Positions 38,275 through 50,221 of a stretch of DNA of 64,000 nt are shown one piece after another. A program made the position numbers and the translations under genes. Positions within the stretch are counted from its first letter, which is position 1, and each line of letters opens with the position of its first letter. A model generated the notes under the pieces. The model worked only from the letters and a program-made list of their open reading frames with translations. It was not told where the DNA came from and made no database searches. The stretch comes from Octopus sinensis (Eukaryota), in the NCBI RefSeq assembly GCF_006345805.1, contig NC_043002.1, positions 86,118,001 through 86,182,000 of the forward strand, read 5' to 3'.

Positions 38275-39144
38275 TTTTATCTTTTACATGTTTAAGTTAT
38301 TTGACTGCTACCATGCTGAGGCATCACCTTGAAGGATTTTAGTTGAATAAATCAACCTGGGGACTTTTATTTGTTTTTAAGCCTGTACTTGCTCTTTTGA
38401 GCTCTTTTGCTGGATCACTAAGTTACAGGGTCATAAACACACCAGCACCATTTGTGAAGCAATGAAAGGAAACAAACGCAGATATAGAGACACACACACA
38501 TAGATATATGCATATGTACATGTCATATATTTATATATATATATATATAATATATATATATATATTAGTTGAAATTTACAGAAAAACAAAAGATGAAGAC
38601 AGGAATAACAAGCAGGTGTATTAGTGTGACGCTTGGGAAAGTGAGGAAGTCTTTTATGTTTCAAGCCTATGCTCTTCAACAGAAAGGAATAAGAGAAAAT
38701 AAACATAAAGAGAATTTTAACAAAACATGTGAATTTAGCAATCAAGCATATGTATGTATATATATATATATATATGTATAATAAAGGCTCCTAAATAAGG
38801 AAGCAAGTGCTAGAAACACAAAGAGGGATAAATGTCTAATTGACTAATTCGTCTTTTGTGCTAGGCCACTGGTAATAATAACTTATGTTATTACCCTTTT
38901 TAATTATGTATATATATATATATGTGTATATATATATATATATATACATATATATATAGTTATATATATAACAAAGTGAAGTTGTAAGGTACCCTTTCAT
39001 ATATATATATCTACATATATGACAGGCTTCTTTTTCGGCCTGAGGCTATAGTAGAAGACACTTACCCAAGGTGTCACACAATGGGACTAAACCAAGAACT
39101 ATATGGTCAGGAAGCAAGCTTCTTACCACACAGCCACACAGGCA
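38275..39144 (-). mobile_element. Major SINE split by nested inserts in its central (TA)n
   Basis: 3' half about 38275-38500 and 5' half about 39020-39144, separated by TA-flanked cassettes. Confidence 0.75.
38651..38687 (-). ncRNA. Third hammerhead-like copy within repeat about 38566-38750
   Basis: Minus strand CCTTT-CTGTTGA-A-GAGC-ATAG-GCTT-GAAA-CA-TA-AAAG; flanks homologous to 20030-20220. Confidence 0.5.
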
Positions 39145-39748
39145 CCTCATTCATTCGTTTAATATATGTCTTCCCAATCTAGCATGGTTTACATAGAAGT
39201 ACAAAGAGGCAGGATTTTTGCAGACAAATGCACTTACTGATACCAAGCCCTGTCTGTTTTCAAGTAAGGAATTTTTATTCCAGAAGAATTTTGGAAGCAC
39301 AGAACTACCTCAAGATTTGTTAACCGGAAATATCAACAAGGTTCACTGGATGCAACCCAAACACAAATAATGTCATCACTAGCTATATCCACATTGAACA
39401 AAAAAATTGTCATAGAATTTACTTGGTTGATTTGCCTTTAATCACTGCTTGGAGTTTCCATAATTCCAGTCTCTTCAAGCAACAAAAATCTGTCAGCTGA
39501 AGGAACATGGAAATGCTGAGTAAAAGTGGAAAAGACATCATCCAAGTAAATGATATAATTATGCTCTACAGCCTGTAGTGAGTACTACATCTGCCACTTG
39601 TTATAATAGAAAAAAATAAATGTGTTTGTCTATGTGTATGTATATATATGTGCATGAGTGTGTGTATATATATATATATATATTATATATATATATATTT
39701 ATACACACACATTCTCAGACATCATGTATGTTTGTGTGTGTGTGTGCG

Positions 39749-39806
<58 letters not shown>

Positions 39807-39951
39807 TATATATATGTGTGTGTGTGTGATCATTTTTGTAACATATACAGCACATACATACACACAAGCTTTCATTATTATTATTTCAAGTAATATTTTT
39901 TTATTATATGTGTATGTGTGTATCTATCTATCTGTCTATCTATCTATCGAG

Positions 39952-39989
<38 letters not shown>

Positions 39990-40356
39990 AGATAGGGGTT
40001 GAAAATTCAACCCACCATGGGATAATATATATCCAATATACTGCAAGATAGGTACCCAACAAATTTAATACATAGATGTTAACAATTGTCAAACAATCAG
40101 TTCATCTATTGCATTATATGGGTAATGACTGTCCTCACTGCCGAAACAGCTGTCAGTTTTGATTTATTTGCATATTATATTTGAAAAAAATTTTTTACTT
40201 ATATCTCTTTATCTTTTTACTATTACTGTATATCTCATTTCATTTTATGTATTGCTTTTACTCATATGTAATGGTGTATTAAGTATGGATTGAGTATCAT
40301 CGGATAGTTGATGTTTTACTGATTTAAGTATATTTCTCCATTCTCTAATTTTGTAG

Positions 40357-40431
<75 letters not shown>

Positions 40432-40434
40432 TGT

Positions 40435-40472
<38 letters not shown>

Positions 40473-41175
40473 TATGTATGTGTGTGTGTGTGTGTGTGTG
40501 TAGCTGTTTTTTGTTTTTGCTTTTTTTTTTTTTTTTGAAAGATGAGGATAATGTATTTGAAGATGTTTGAAAATATTCCATTACATATTTCAGAAACATT
40601 CTACATTTAGAACTGCACATGTGCTTGATGTATACAGCACGTGACTTGCCAACTTGTGACTTCTATGACACACATTAAATATTCAATAATGATTTCTTAT
40701 TCAATAATACACGTGGTGCATCTACAGCTGGTGCTGCTACCACCACTGCCGCCACTTTAGCTGCCATTGCTGCTGCTGCTGCCACTACTATATTAGTGTT
40801 GCTAAGAAACATTTCAGAATTAGATGATGTATTTATTCATAGTATATTTAATCAGGAATATTCTCTATGTAAAAAAAAATGATAAATAATTTAATTCATA
40901 TTTAAAAATTTTTTTTTTGTTTTAATCATTCAACTGCTGCCATACTCTAGCACAATCTTGAAGGGCTTTTTCCTTAGTTGATCAAATCAATCCCAATACT
41001 TATTTTAAGCCTGGTTGGCGTTTATTTTGTCAGTCATTATTTCCTGAACTCCTTACTTAAGGAGATGTAAACAAACCAACACCAGATGTCAAGTGCTGAG
41101 AAACACAGACACAGACACATGCATGCACGTACACACACACACGCATGCACGTACACACACACACACACATTTCAA

Positions 41176-42098
41176 TGGGTTGCAATGCAGATCCTGTACA
41201 CTATAGATCTCTATTGCAATCAGACCTGGACATAATGCAGCAGTGGATCATGGACTGGCAACTCAAGCTGGCTGTGGACAAATGTACCACCATGCATCTA
41301 CTTACTCCCTCCACAACACTAATCTCAAAAAGTCTTCGTGTGAACGTGACCTGGGTGTTATTGTCGACAGTGATTTACGTTGGGCAAAACACATTGCTAA
41401 AATTGCCAAGAAGGCTGAGGGTGTGTTGGCATTACTCACCAAGTCCTTTGTGAGCCGCTCTCTGGCTATCTATCTGTGGCTTTATATAGCTATGGTGCGA
41501 CCTCACCTGGAATTTGCATCACCGGTCTGGAACCCCTATCTTGCTCAGGATATTAATCGTCTGGAAGCCGTTCAGCGACGTGCAACCAAAAGAATACCCT
41601 CCATCAGGCATTTGCCATATTCTGAATGCCTTACTTCCCTGGGCATGGACACATTGAAACTCCAATGTCTGGCAGCTGACTTGGTAGACACCCATAAAAT
41701 TATCAACCATCTTACAAACAATAACTCTGAGCACCTTTTCAAACTCCACCTGTCTAACACCCGTGGACATATTTACAAAGTCAGAAAGCAGCACAGCTCC
41801 CATGACTTTCGGAAACATTTTTTCACGCTGAGAGTTGCTGAAGCATGGAACAAACTGCCGGCATCAGTTGTTAGTTGTCGGAGCACTGCATCCTTCAAAA
41901 CTTCCATGCTTTCTGAGATTCGCCAACACTACACCTGATTTTCTCCCCTCCATACACACGCAAGCATGTATCTGACTCATACATTGTTCGCTTTCCAGAC
42001 ATTTGTACATTACTGCATATACTTTATACGCACTTTCTGACAAGTTGTGGTGCACCTGAGCACTGTATACAATAATTTCATTATTATCATTATTATTT
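41176..42098 (+). mobile_element. 5'-truncated CR1/L2-group LINE (RT C-terminus, 3' UTR, (ATT)n tail) nested in a SINE
   Basis: ORF 41243-41938: ERDLGVIVDSDLRW...LYIAMVRPHLEFASPVWNPY...LEAVQRRATK...TRGH...RKHFFTLRVAEAWNKLP. Confidence 0.9.
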
Positions 42099-42700
42099 CC
42101 AGCTAACAAATTCGCTCAAAGACAATGGTTGACTGAAGCTATAATAAAATACTTTTCTAAGTTACCAAGCAGTGAGACTGAACCTAAGCCCATGTAATAG
42201 TGAAATGAACTTCTAAACCACATAGCTTTACCATTATAAAGTAAATCATACTTCTCTTTTGTGAAACATACCCATGTTTGTTAGCAGGAAATAGTGACAA
42301 CTACAGTAATGTTTCTGTCTTATTGCACCTCATCAACATAGCATAGTCTTCTTCAGCTTGCTTTGATCATTGATGATAGTTTTTACATGCAGAAAAAGAG
42401 TTACAAAGTTTTTTTGGCCAATAGTAATTTGCATCTTTTATGTTGTATCTTTTGTTTCAGTCACTGGTGTGTGGCCATGCTGGAGCTCATCTTGAAGAGT
42501 TTAGCAGAACAAACTGATCTCAGTACCTTTTTCTTTTAAGTCTAATACTTATTCTTTCAGTCTCTTTTACTGAACAGGTAAGTAACGAGGAGGTAATGAA
42601 AGCAACATCAGTTGTCAAGCACTAGTGGGGCAACAACACAAATATATATAAGAAATTAAATAAGTGAGAAGAGAACAAGAATTTATATAATGAATTTCAT

Positions 42701-42781
42701 AAGCTTACAGTTGTTTCTGCTATAAGATATAATGCACTCATACCTTAGTGCTTGTATATCAGCTTATAGTTGTCAGAGTTT
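42701..42781 (-). ncRNA. Decayed hammerhead-like motif with long stem II
   Basis: Minus: AAACT-CTGACAA-CTATAAG..ATATA..GCACT-loop-AGTGC..TATAT-CTTATAG-CA-GAAA-CAACTG-TA-AGCTT. Confidence 0.5.
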
Positions 42782-42799
42782 CAAAAGTGGGGAAAGTAT

Positions 42800-42834
<35 letters not shown>

Positions 42835-42926
42835 TACATATATATATACAGAGAGAGTGGAGGAGGTAGTAAGAGAGATAAACATAGGCTTGATATAAAT
42901 ACATTTACATGAATCACAAAAAAGAC

Positions 42927-43085
42927 AATAAAAGTACAGGGTAAGGTCAGAAAATATGTAATTCTTTAACTTGACAGCTGTTTCAAGAAGCCCAAAGTTA
43001 CATTATAATCATAATTTCAGGCTTTCTGAAACAGCTGTTGAGTTATGAAATTATATATTTTCTGACTCTATTCTGTACTTTTATT
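42927..43085. repeat. 66-bp imperfect inverted repeat, 27-nt spacer
   Basis: Arms 42927-42992 and 43020-43085, about 12 differences by manual count; both contain GAAACAGCTGT. Confidence 0.85.
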
Positions 43086-43228
43086 CTGTATTTTTTCATT
43101 TGCCGTATCAGCTTCATTGAACTTCTCTTGTTGGCATCCTTGACAGCACAAGCTTTGCCCTGGACAAAGTAGTTTAAGTTTAAATCCTTTTGAACACACC
43201 CAACTCTCACCTACTCTCTCTCTCATAT

Positions 43229-43291
<63 letters not shown>

Positions 43292-44242
43292 TTAAAATTT
43301 AAAAATTTTTTTTAATTAAAAAATTTATTAATTTTAAATTTTTAAAATATTTTTAAAATATAAAAATTTATAAATATAATTTATAAATTTAAATAATTTA
43401 AATTTTAAATTTTATATATTATATTAATTATATTTATTTTTATGTTTTGGCTTATGTTTTTCATTGTTTGATTTGCCTAATAGTGGTTTTATCTCTAATT
43501 TAATTTATATATATATATTATATATATATATACACACACACACACACGTAACAGGCTTCTTCCAGTTTCCACCAACCAAATCCACTCACATAGCTTTAGT
43601 TAGCCAGAGGTTATAGTAAAAGACATTAGCTAAAGGTGCGATACAGTGGAACTGAACCCAAGACCACATGGTTGAGGAACAAGCTTCTTACACGCATAGC
43701 TACATCTAAAAAATTATGCAGTTGATCAAAGATCTGTTCAATCAGAAGGAACTTTGAGCAAAGCCACAACTAACCAATGAAATCAATATTACTATTAGAT
43801 TTCCTGTTGTGTTTCACTCAAATAAAAACCTTTCTGTTATTAATATTCTCTCATGGATTTCCCTATTCAAATAAATTAGATTAAATATTTGTGGAGTTTC
43901 AATCAACACTGTTCAATATCCTTAGGTTATCATCAATTATTAATTACTCTAGTCGATGTTAATTAATATTTTGATTATCAGTCTGTGCTGTCCACCAAAG
44001 GGATGTGGTTTTGGTTTAGTGTTTTATTTCTTCTAATATGTAAAGCCTAAGTTCATACCAGTTAAGGCACTTCACTGTTATAGATCTGTGATAGACATTA
44101 GGTCATATCAGATACTTATAAATTTATTGATCATTATACAATCAGATAAACACAATAAAACTTAGATACTTTTCCCTTTTCATCATAAATAGTACAAAGC
44201 AACAGTGGTAGCTTTTATAGCGTGAAATAAGAGGCTGATAAC

Positions 44243-44671
44243 GGATCTTTTCGGTTTGACCAGCAGTTTTTTCTAGCGGTGTCATATGAAATTGTCACCC
44301 ATAATTATGACCCTAGTATCAATCTATTGCATTTCAATCTGTTTTAGGGTTAGGGTTAGTTAGGGTTAGGGGTGGGGGGAAGGGTATCTTTTTTTCTTCA
44401 CAAATGTAAATAAACCCAATCTGTTTCTTAAACGAGGGACATATTCATACGGCACAGAATGTTTTTTTACCTCAATGGACGTCATTGATTGGTTGAAATT
44501 GCAGAAATTGAAGAAAAAAAACAACAAATATCTTACAAACTATAGAATTTTCTCAATAAAGCCAAGAGAAATAGATGTTGTATAAACACATTCTACCAGT
44601 ATACGAAGTTTAAAAGTGTTTAGTTACATGGAAATTATTTTAAAAAACTGCCGGTCAAACCGAAAAGATCC
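44243..44671. mobile_element. MITE with GG termini and 8-bp TSD (Merlin-like)
   Basis: TIR GGATCTTTTCGGTTTGACC(A/G)GCAGTTTTTT; perfect TSD CTGATAAC (44235-44242, 44672-44679); internal TTAGGG-like repeats. Confidence 0.9.
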
Positions 44672-45361
44672 CTGATAACTTATTCACTTATCTTTTCCAC
44701 TATGACTAATTTTTCATCTATCACTTCTTGTTTTAATAATTGGAGGAAAAGGTACAGTGCCTATGACTTTCACAGACTGTCTCAAACTGGTGGCACCAAT
44801 GAAGTCGATTTACAGTTTTAACTGTTCTAGTTGCCTGTAAGAAAATCATGAGCAAGGAGGGAATTTCAAAGAAGGATGTAATTTTGGGGAAGAACAATTA
44901 GGTGAAGTGTTCAGTGTAATGGACCCCTCATGAAACAAAGTAAAATCTTAATTATTTTCCATTTTCAATGGTTTATTGAACCAACAAGAGCAATATCTGT
45001 CAGACATGTCAGCCAAAAGAACTTTTCAAGATCATATGCACACAAAGTGGCTCATTTATCACCAGAACACACAAGTAGCTAGGAACATAGGCTCATGCTT
45101 ATATACTGTGTGCATATGCTAAAACTATAATACTTATTGCTCATTCACTTTCAACAAGATTTACCTGAATGAAAACACACACCATACAAATGTCATTTTC
45201 CTGTTGTGTAATCATCATATAAGCTCCACTTAAGTTTTGCACATCATGCGCACACAGTGTGTTTCTGTCATAGTCCCTTTTCTGATTCATTATTTGTAAC
45301 TGGGGTATATTTATATAATCATTTGGTTTTCGCTACTTTTTGTTTTGTTTACATGTTTATG

Positions 45362-45713
45362 TGAAGGTGCATGGCTTAGTGGTTAGAGTGTCGAGCTAAC
45401 GATCATGAGGTTGTGAGCTTGAATCCCGGACTGGGCTGCATGTTGTGTTCTTGAGCAAGACACTTTATTTCACGTTGCTCCAGTTAACTCAGCTGTAGAA
45501 ATGAGTTGCAATGTCACGGGTGCCAAGCTGTATCGGCTGCTGCCTTTCACCTTGGATAACACTGGTGGCATGGAGAGGGGAGGCCGGTATGCATGGGCGA
45601 CTGCTGGTCTTCCATAAACCACCTTGCCCAGACTTGTGACTAGGAGGGTAACTTTCTAGGTGCAATCCCATGGTCAGTGTTGTGACCGAAGGGGGTCCCG
45701 ACCAACCGACCTG
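45362..45713 (+). mobile_element. tRNA-derived SINE with CORE-like block
   Basis: TSD ACATGTTTATG (45351-45361, 45714-45724); head TGGCTTAGTGGTTAGAGTG...TTGAATCCC; TGTGTTCTTGAGCAAGACACTT. Confidence 0.85.
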
Positions 45714-45762
45714 ACATGTTTATGCTTACCAGTTGCAGCTTTCCAGCAACCTTGAGTTTTAA

Positions 45763-45971
45763 CCCTTTAGTATTTAAAATGGCCATATCTGGCCCAAGTA
45801 TTTTACCTTTTTTATGTTTAAACTAGCCAGATCAGGCTTCTCAAATCTACTTCACAATGTCATACAATCATATTACCAAAATCTCAAAGCTACCAGATGA
45901 TGCATGAATAATTAAAAGTAATGTGAATAAATGAGAATTAGCTTTGAGAGAATAATCTGAATGCAAAAGGG
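45763..45971. mobile_element. piggyBac-like MITE
   Basis: TTAA-CCCTTT...AAAGGG-TTAA. Confidence 0.85.
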
Positions 45972-48900
45972 TTAATGTAACAGCCCTCGTGCAGTCAAGA
46001 TGAAGATTTGGTTGTTCAGTTTTTCACTGGTTTATTAGGACCAATGAGACAGCAGTCTCTTCCTGCCATCCATTGACTATATAAACAGACCTCAAACCTT
46101 CTTGTTTTTCTTTTGTTTTTTGTTGGGTTTTTTTTTGGGGGGGGGGTAGCTCTCTGTCAGAGTAACAGACCAGTGGAATTGGCTGTTGTTTACTTGCTCA
46201 TATCCATATATTCTACAAATGCAATGTGCAAGAGATATGATGCAGCAAAGATGATGAAAATGTAGATGATCCAATGGAAGTATAGAACTTCCTAGTTGTG
46301 AGAAACAAACAATTAAGAAAGAAGAGGATGTGAGGAAACAACAGTATGTTCGAGCCAATGATTGTAGCAAGCTAGTGTGTTAAGCTTGAACTGATGAACC
46401 AAATACATATTCTTTCTGTTTCATAAATGCCATCTGTATCATCATCTGATGTATATGAACACGATTCTATGGGTTACACTTGAGATTTTGTAAAAAAGTA
46501 AAAAAAATTTTATGAGAATTGAAACATTTTCTAACCCTGAAAAGAATCCTAGTCCCTGGAATGTTGTTTTGGAAACAGACTAAATATCTGTTGAGACGCT
46601 ATGATGAAAAAGTATCCATAACTTGCAAAGATGAAAATCATATTTTGATATTTACAATGAACAATCATATTTTTTCTTTAACACCATCTTCATTATCATC
46701 ATATATTTTTCTGTACCACCATGAGTTGAACTGATCTAGTTATCCTTTACATTTTGCTTTTTTATATACTGAATATTCATTCGTATATTTGACCCTCAGT
46801 GAAACTAAGTTAAAAAAAATAATATTTCTTAAATTTAGGTTTTTATTCTAGATTTGTATCTACTTTCCCAAGACTTTCATAAATTCATTAAGAGTGATAT
46901 TTTTGTATGAAATTAACTGTGTTATTTATCCATAATCACAGATGTAGTTCAGAGCACACCACCACTATCATCACTCATTACCATAAGGTACTGTTCACTC
47001 TTGGTAGCATGCCCTATACCATCTCAGTCTTTCTGTTGTTGTTCTTATACATTTATTTCATTTTAATTTGTTAATTCTTCATATTGCTTCATTGTGTTAA
47101 AGAATATGTCTATAAATTTTTAACCAATGCTGTGTGCAAGTGATAGATGTGAATACCTTGTTTTTACATACAATATCTTTATGTATGGATAGAGGCAGAT
47201 CAGCCAGGCTGGTTTCAAGCTGGTTTCAGCAACTGAAAATCCTTTGACATTGATTATAAACCAACTATTACTAATGGCTTGAATAAGTTTCATAGATCAA
47301 TTTGCATATCTAATGCATTCTTGGCAGTTTGATTAATAATTTATTAGTGTCACCTATAATAATTTATTATTATTAATTGTAGTGATTTATTAATTTGTTA
47401 CAACAGTAATAACACACCAGTAATTCATTCTTGATATTAACCATCCCAGTAACTATTGATTTTGCCTTCTAATAGCAGTCTCTGCAAACTCATATTTTCT
47501 AATAAAATACCCAAAATATTTCAGTGTTTTAGTCACAGCAAACACTAGTTAAATTCTCTTTTACCCTAAACACTTGGTGAGTATGAGTGTAAGTACCCCA
47601 TCATTCTAATATATGGTTTAGATGCCCTAGACATTCCTCATATGTTTATCATTTATTACCAACTTACATTTTACTTTTTACCGAAACCTTCTTCTAATTT
47701 TAAATTTCCTTTGTACAGAATATGAAACATATCTAATCAGTGTTCATAGTTCAATTCTGATACCTGATGGAGTTTACAATTTATGCCAACTTCCTTAAAC
47801 TTCCTCCATGCATTTCATACATTAATCAATGGGCCTAATTTCAAACTAACTAGGTTATTTAAATAATAACCCTTTAGCGAAAACATTACAGCAGCTCCCA
47901 CATTATTGCTTTGGTTGCTCATAGTGCATCAGTATATTTATCTATTTGTAATTATGCTATACCTCTTGTGCACGAACAAGGTAATATTGATTATTTTTGT
48001 TTTCCTACTTCATTCCAATATACTGATCAAGGTCATTTTCTGAAATTTGAACACGAAGCTCCAAGAAATAATTAATACCTTATTCATTTTAGTGTTTACC
48101 TTAAATTGAGTCAATTCTTTCATATCCTGCAATTTATTTCACAATTACATTACATCTTCTGGCTTAGTGGGACATTCTTATAGAATTCATTCTCAACAAC
48201 TTGAAAGAAAAACTAAGGTTAGCACATTCAATTCTTCAGACTGTTATTCACACCTATCTCATAAGCCATATGACAGGTGAGTAATGAAAAATGAGAGAAA
48301 CTATCACGTACAGTTTTTAAGACAACTAATTGAAGTTACATTTGTTCTTCACTAAATATATCTTTTGCAGCTGTCTTACTACAAATAGAGAGAAAATCTG
48401 AAGATTTCAATATATTAGCTCTCATGACAAATGTCACAATCTGAGGAATTTTTATGTTGGCTGATCAGTCTAAATCTATTTACCACTAAATTATGAGGGA
48501 CAGCTGCTGGTGAAAGAGCAAGTTTCCTAGTGAGAATTCTACACTGTACCAAGCATAATTTCATAATACAAGTTCTAACGTATTAGTAATTTCCAGTTCC
48601 GTCAAAATGAAATCCATAAGGTGACTCCCAGCAGCTCAAAAGACAGATGCAAGTATGCTAAAAATATTGGTTAGTAGGTGAAAAAGAATTACTTCCTTTG
48701 CTTTGAAGAGGGAAGGGAGTTTGGGGACACACATGTGATAAATATGATGAAAATTAAAGCAAAAATATTACAGTTTTCAGAGATTAAAAGCATAAAGGAA
48801 GGAACTATAATGCCAGAAACAAATAAGGCACTGAACTAAATGATTTACTGTAATTAATTGTTTTATTGTGATTCATTTCCAGGACAGTTCAGATTGAGCA

Positions 48901-49359
48901 GCATTATGATGGTGTGTCTAGAATTACTTTGGCCAATGTGACCATTCAGTTTTAAGCTATTAACGAAGTTTGGTTTTTACTTGTAGTGGTTTGTGTTCAA
49001 ATCCTTGCTTTTCATAACTTTCAAGTTAATGAATTTAATAAATCAGATATGTGCCAGGGCTCATTCAGCCAACAACAGCCCTCTCCTAGAAATTTGTAAA
49101 AATATGGTTTGGAAATGTAATAGGACTTTTTTTTCATTTTTAATCTTTCAGTCAGGAGATAAAGTACTACCAATGACATTTATAAGTTTTCCAAGATTTG
49201 GGGAAGGAAGGTGTCTTCAACAGAGAGGACTTGACTAAAAGCACACAAGCACACACCACCAACAGGCACACAAGGTGCCAGTTAGTTGTAATAAAATGGG
49301 TAAGCTACTATCCAGATAAGCCATGACAAGATTTGAACTCAGAACACAAAGATGCAGAG

Positions 49360-49680
49360 CAACATCTTGCTTCCTTGGGCATGGACACATTAAAGCTCCG
49401 ATGTCTGGCAACTCACTTGGCAGATGTCCACAAAATTATCCATCTTTCCAACAAAAACCTTGGACACTTTTTTGAATTCCATATGTCTAGCACTCATGGA
49501 CATGCTTACAAAATCAAAAAACAACACAGCACCCATGACTTTCGGAAACACTTTTTCATGCTCTGAATTACTGAAGCATGGAATAAATTACCTCCATCAG
49601 TTGTTAGCTGTCAGGACACTACACCCTTCAAAACTTCCATGCTTCCTGAAATTCAGCAACAATACACCTGATGATCCCCA
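49360..49680 (+). mobile_element. CR1/L2-group LINE 3' fragment, same family as 41176-42098
   Basis: LASLGMDTLKLRCLA...HGHAYKIKKQHSTHDFRKHFF matches the longer copy. Confidence 0.85.
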
Positions 49681-49829
49681 TATCTGTTTCTTTTCTTCCT
49701 TTGTTTTTAAACCTGGGTATATATAGAGTTGGGAGCTACTAGATAGCAATGACATGGAAGAACAGGGCCATGAGGACAGGATTGGGGAGTGACAGCTAGG
49801 CAAGTTCATTATTATCATTATCATTATTT

Positions 49830-50190
49830 ACTTTTAATCTGTATGTTTGTTACAGTCATTTGCTAGGACGTCCTAGAGCAAGTGAAGGATAAGAGATATT
49901 AAAATGTGACTGAACACTTGGAGAGGGAAAGTGACAGGAGCAGTAGCGAAATATCTTCATGTAAAACAACACATATATTTAAATTGATAGGGTTTTTCTA
50001 AGGATGTGGGCAGTACTTGTCAGCACAATCTTTTGGATTTCCCTGAGACATGGTTCTCCTGGGATATTATCTAGATGTTTCTGACATCTCTTTCTTATCA
50101 TACCAAAGGCACCCACAATAACAGGAACAGTTCTTGCTTTAAGATGCCATATCTTTAGTATTTCAATTTCCAGGTCCTTATATTTACTTA

Positions 50191-50192
<2 letters not shown>
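49830..50192 (-). mobile_element. Dong/R4-type (restriction-like endonuclease) LINE 3' fragment in an (AAT)n tract
   Basis: KLSKYKDLEIEILKIWHLKARTVPVIVGAFG...IQKIVLTSTAHILRKTL; (AAT)n-type repeats on both sides. Confidence 0.8.

Positions 50193-50221
<29 letters not shown>

Noticed and set aside
39620-40620. ORFs rich in YI/CV/HT repeats (also 53471-53822, 54841-55183, 57904-58227)
   Set aside because: Translations of (TA)n, (TG)n and (TACA)n microsatellites.
44344-44380. TTAGGG repeats as an interstitial telomere
   Set aside because: Internal to a MITE present twice in the window.
46190-46380. Minus-strand HLCCIISLAHCICRIY as a hAT CxxH motif
   Set aside because: Too weak by eye, with no termini or further motifs.
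48274-48370. Plus-strand CAG|GTGAGT and TCTTTTGCAG pair suggesting a small intron
   Set aside because: No recognisable coding sequence on either side; expected by chance in 64 kb.
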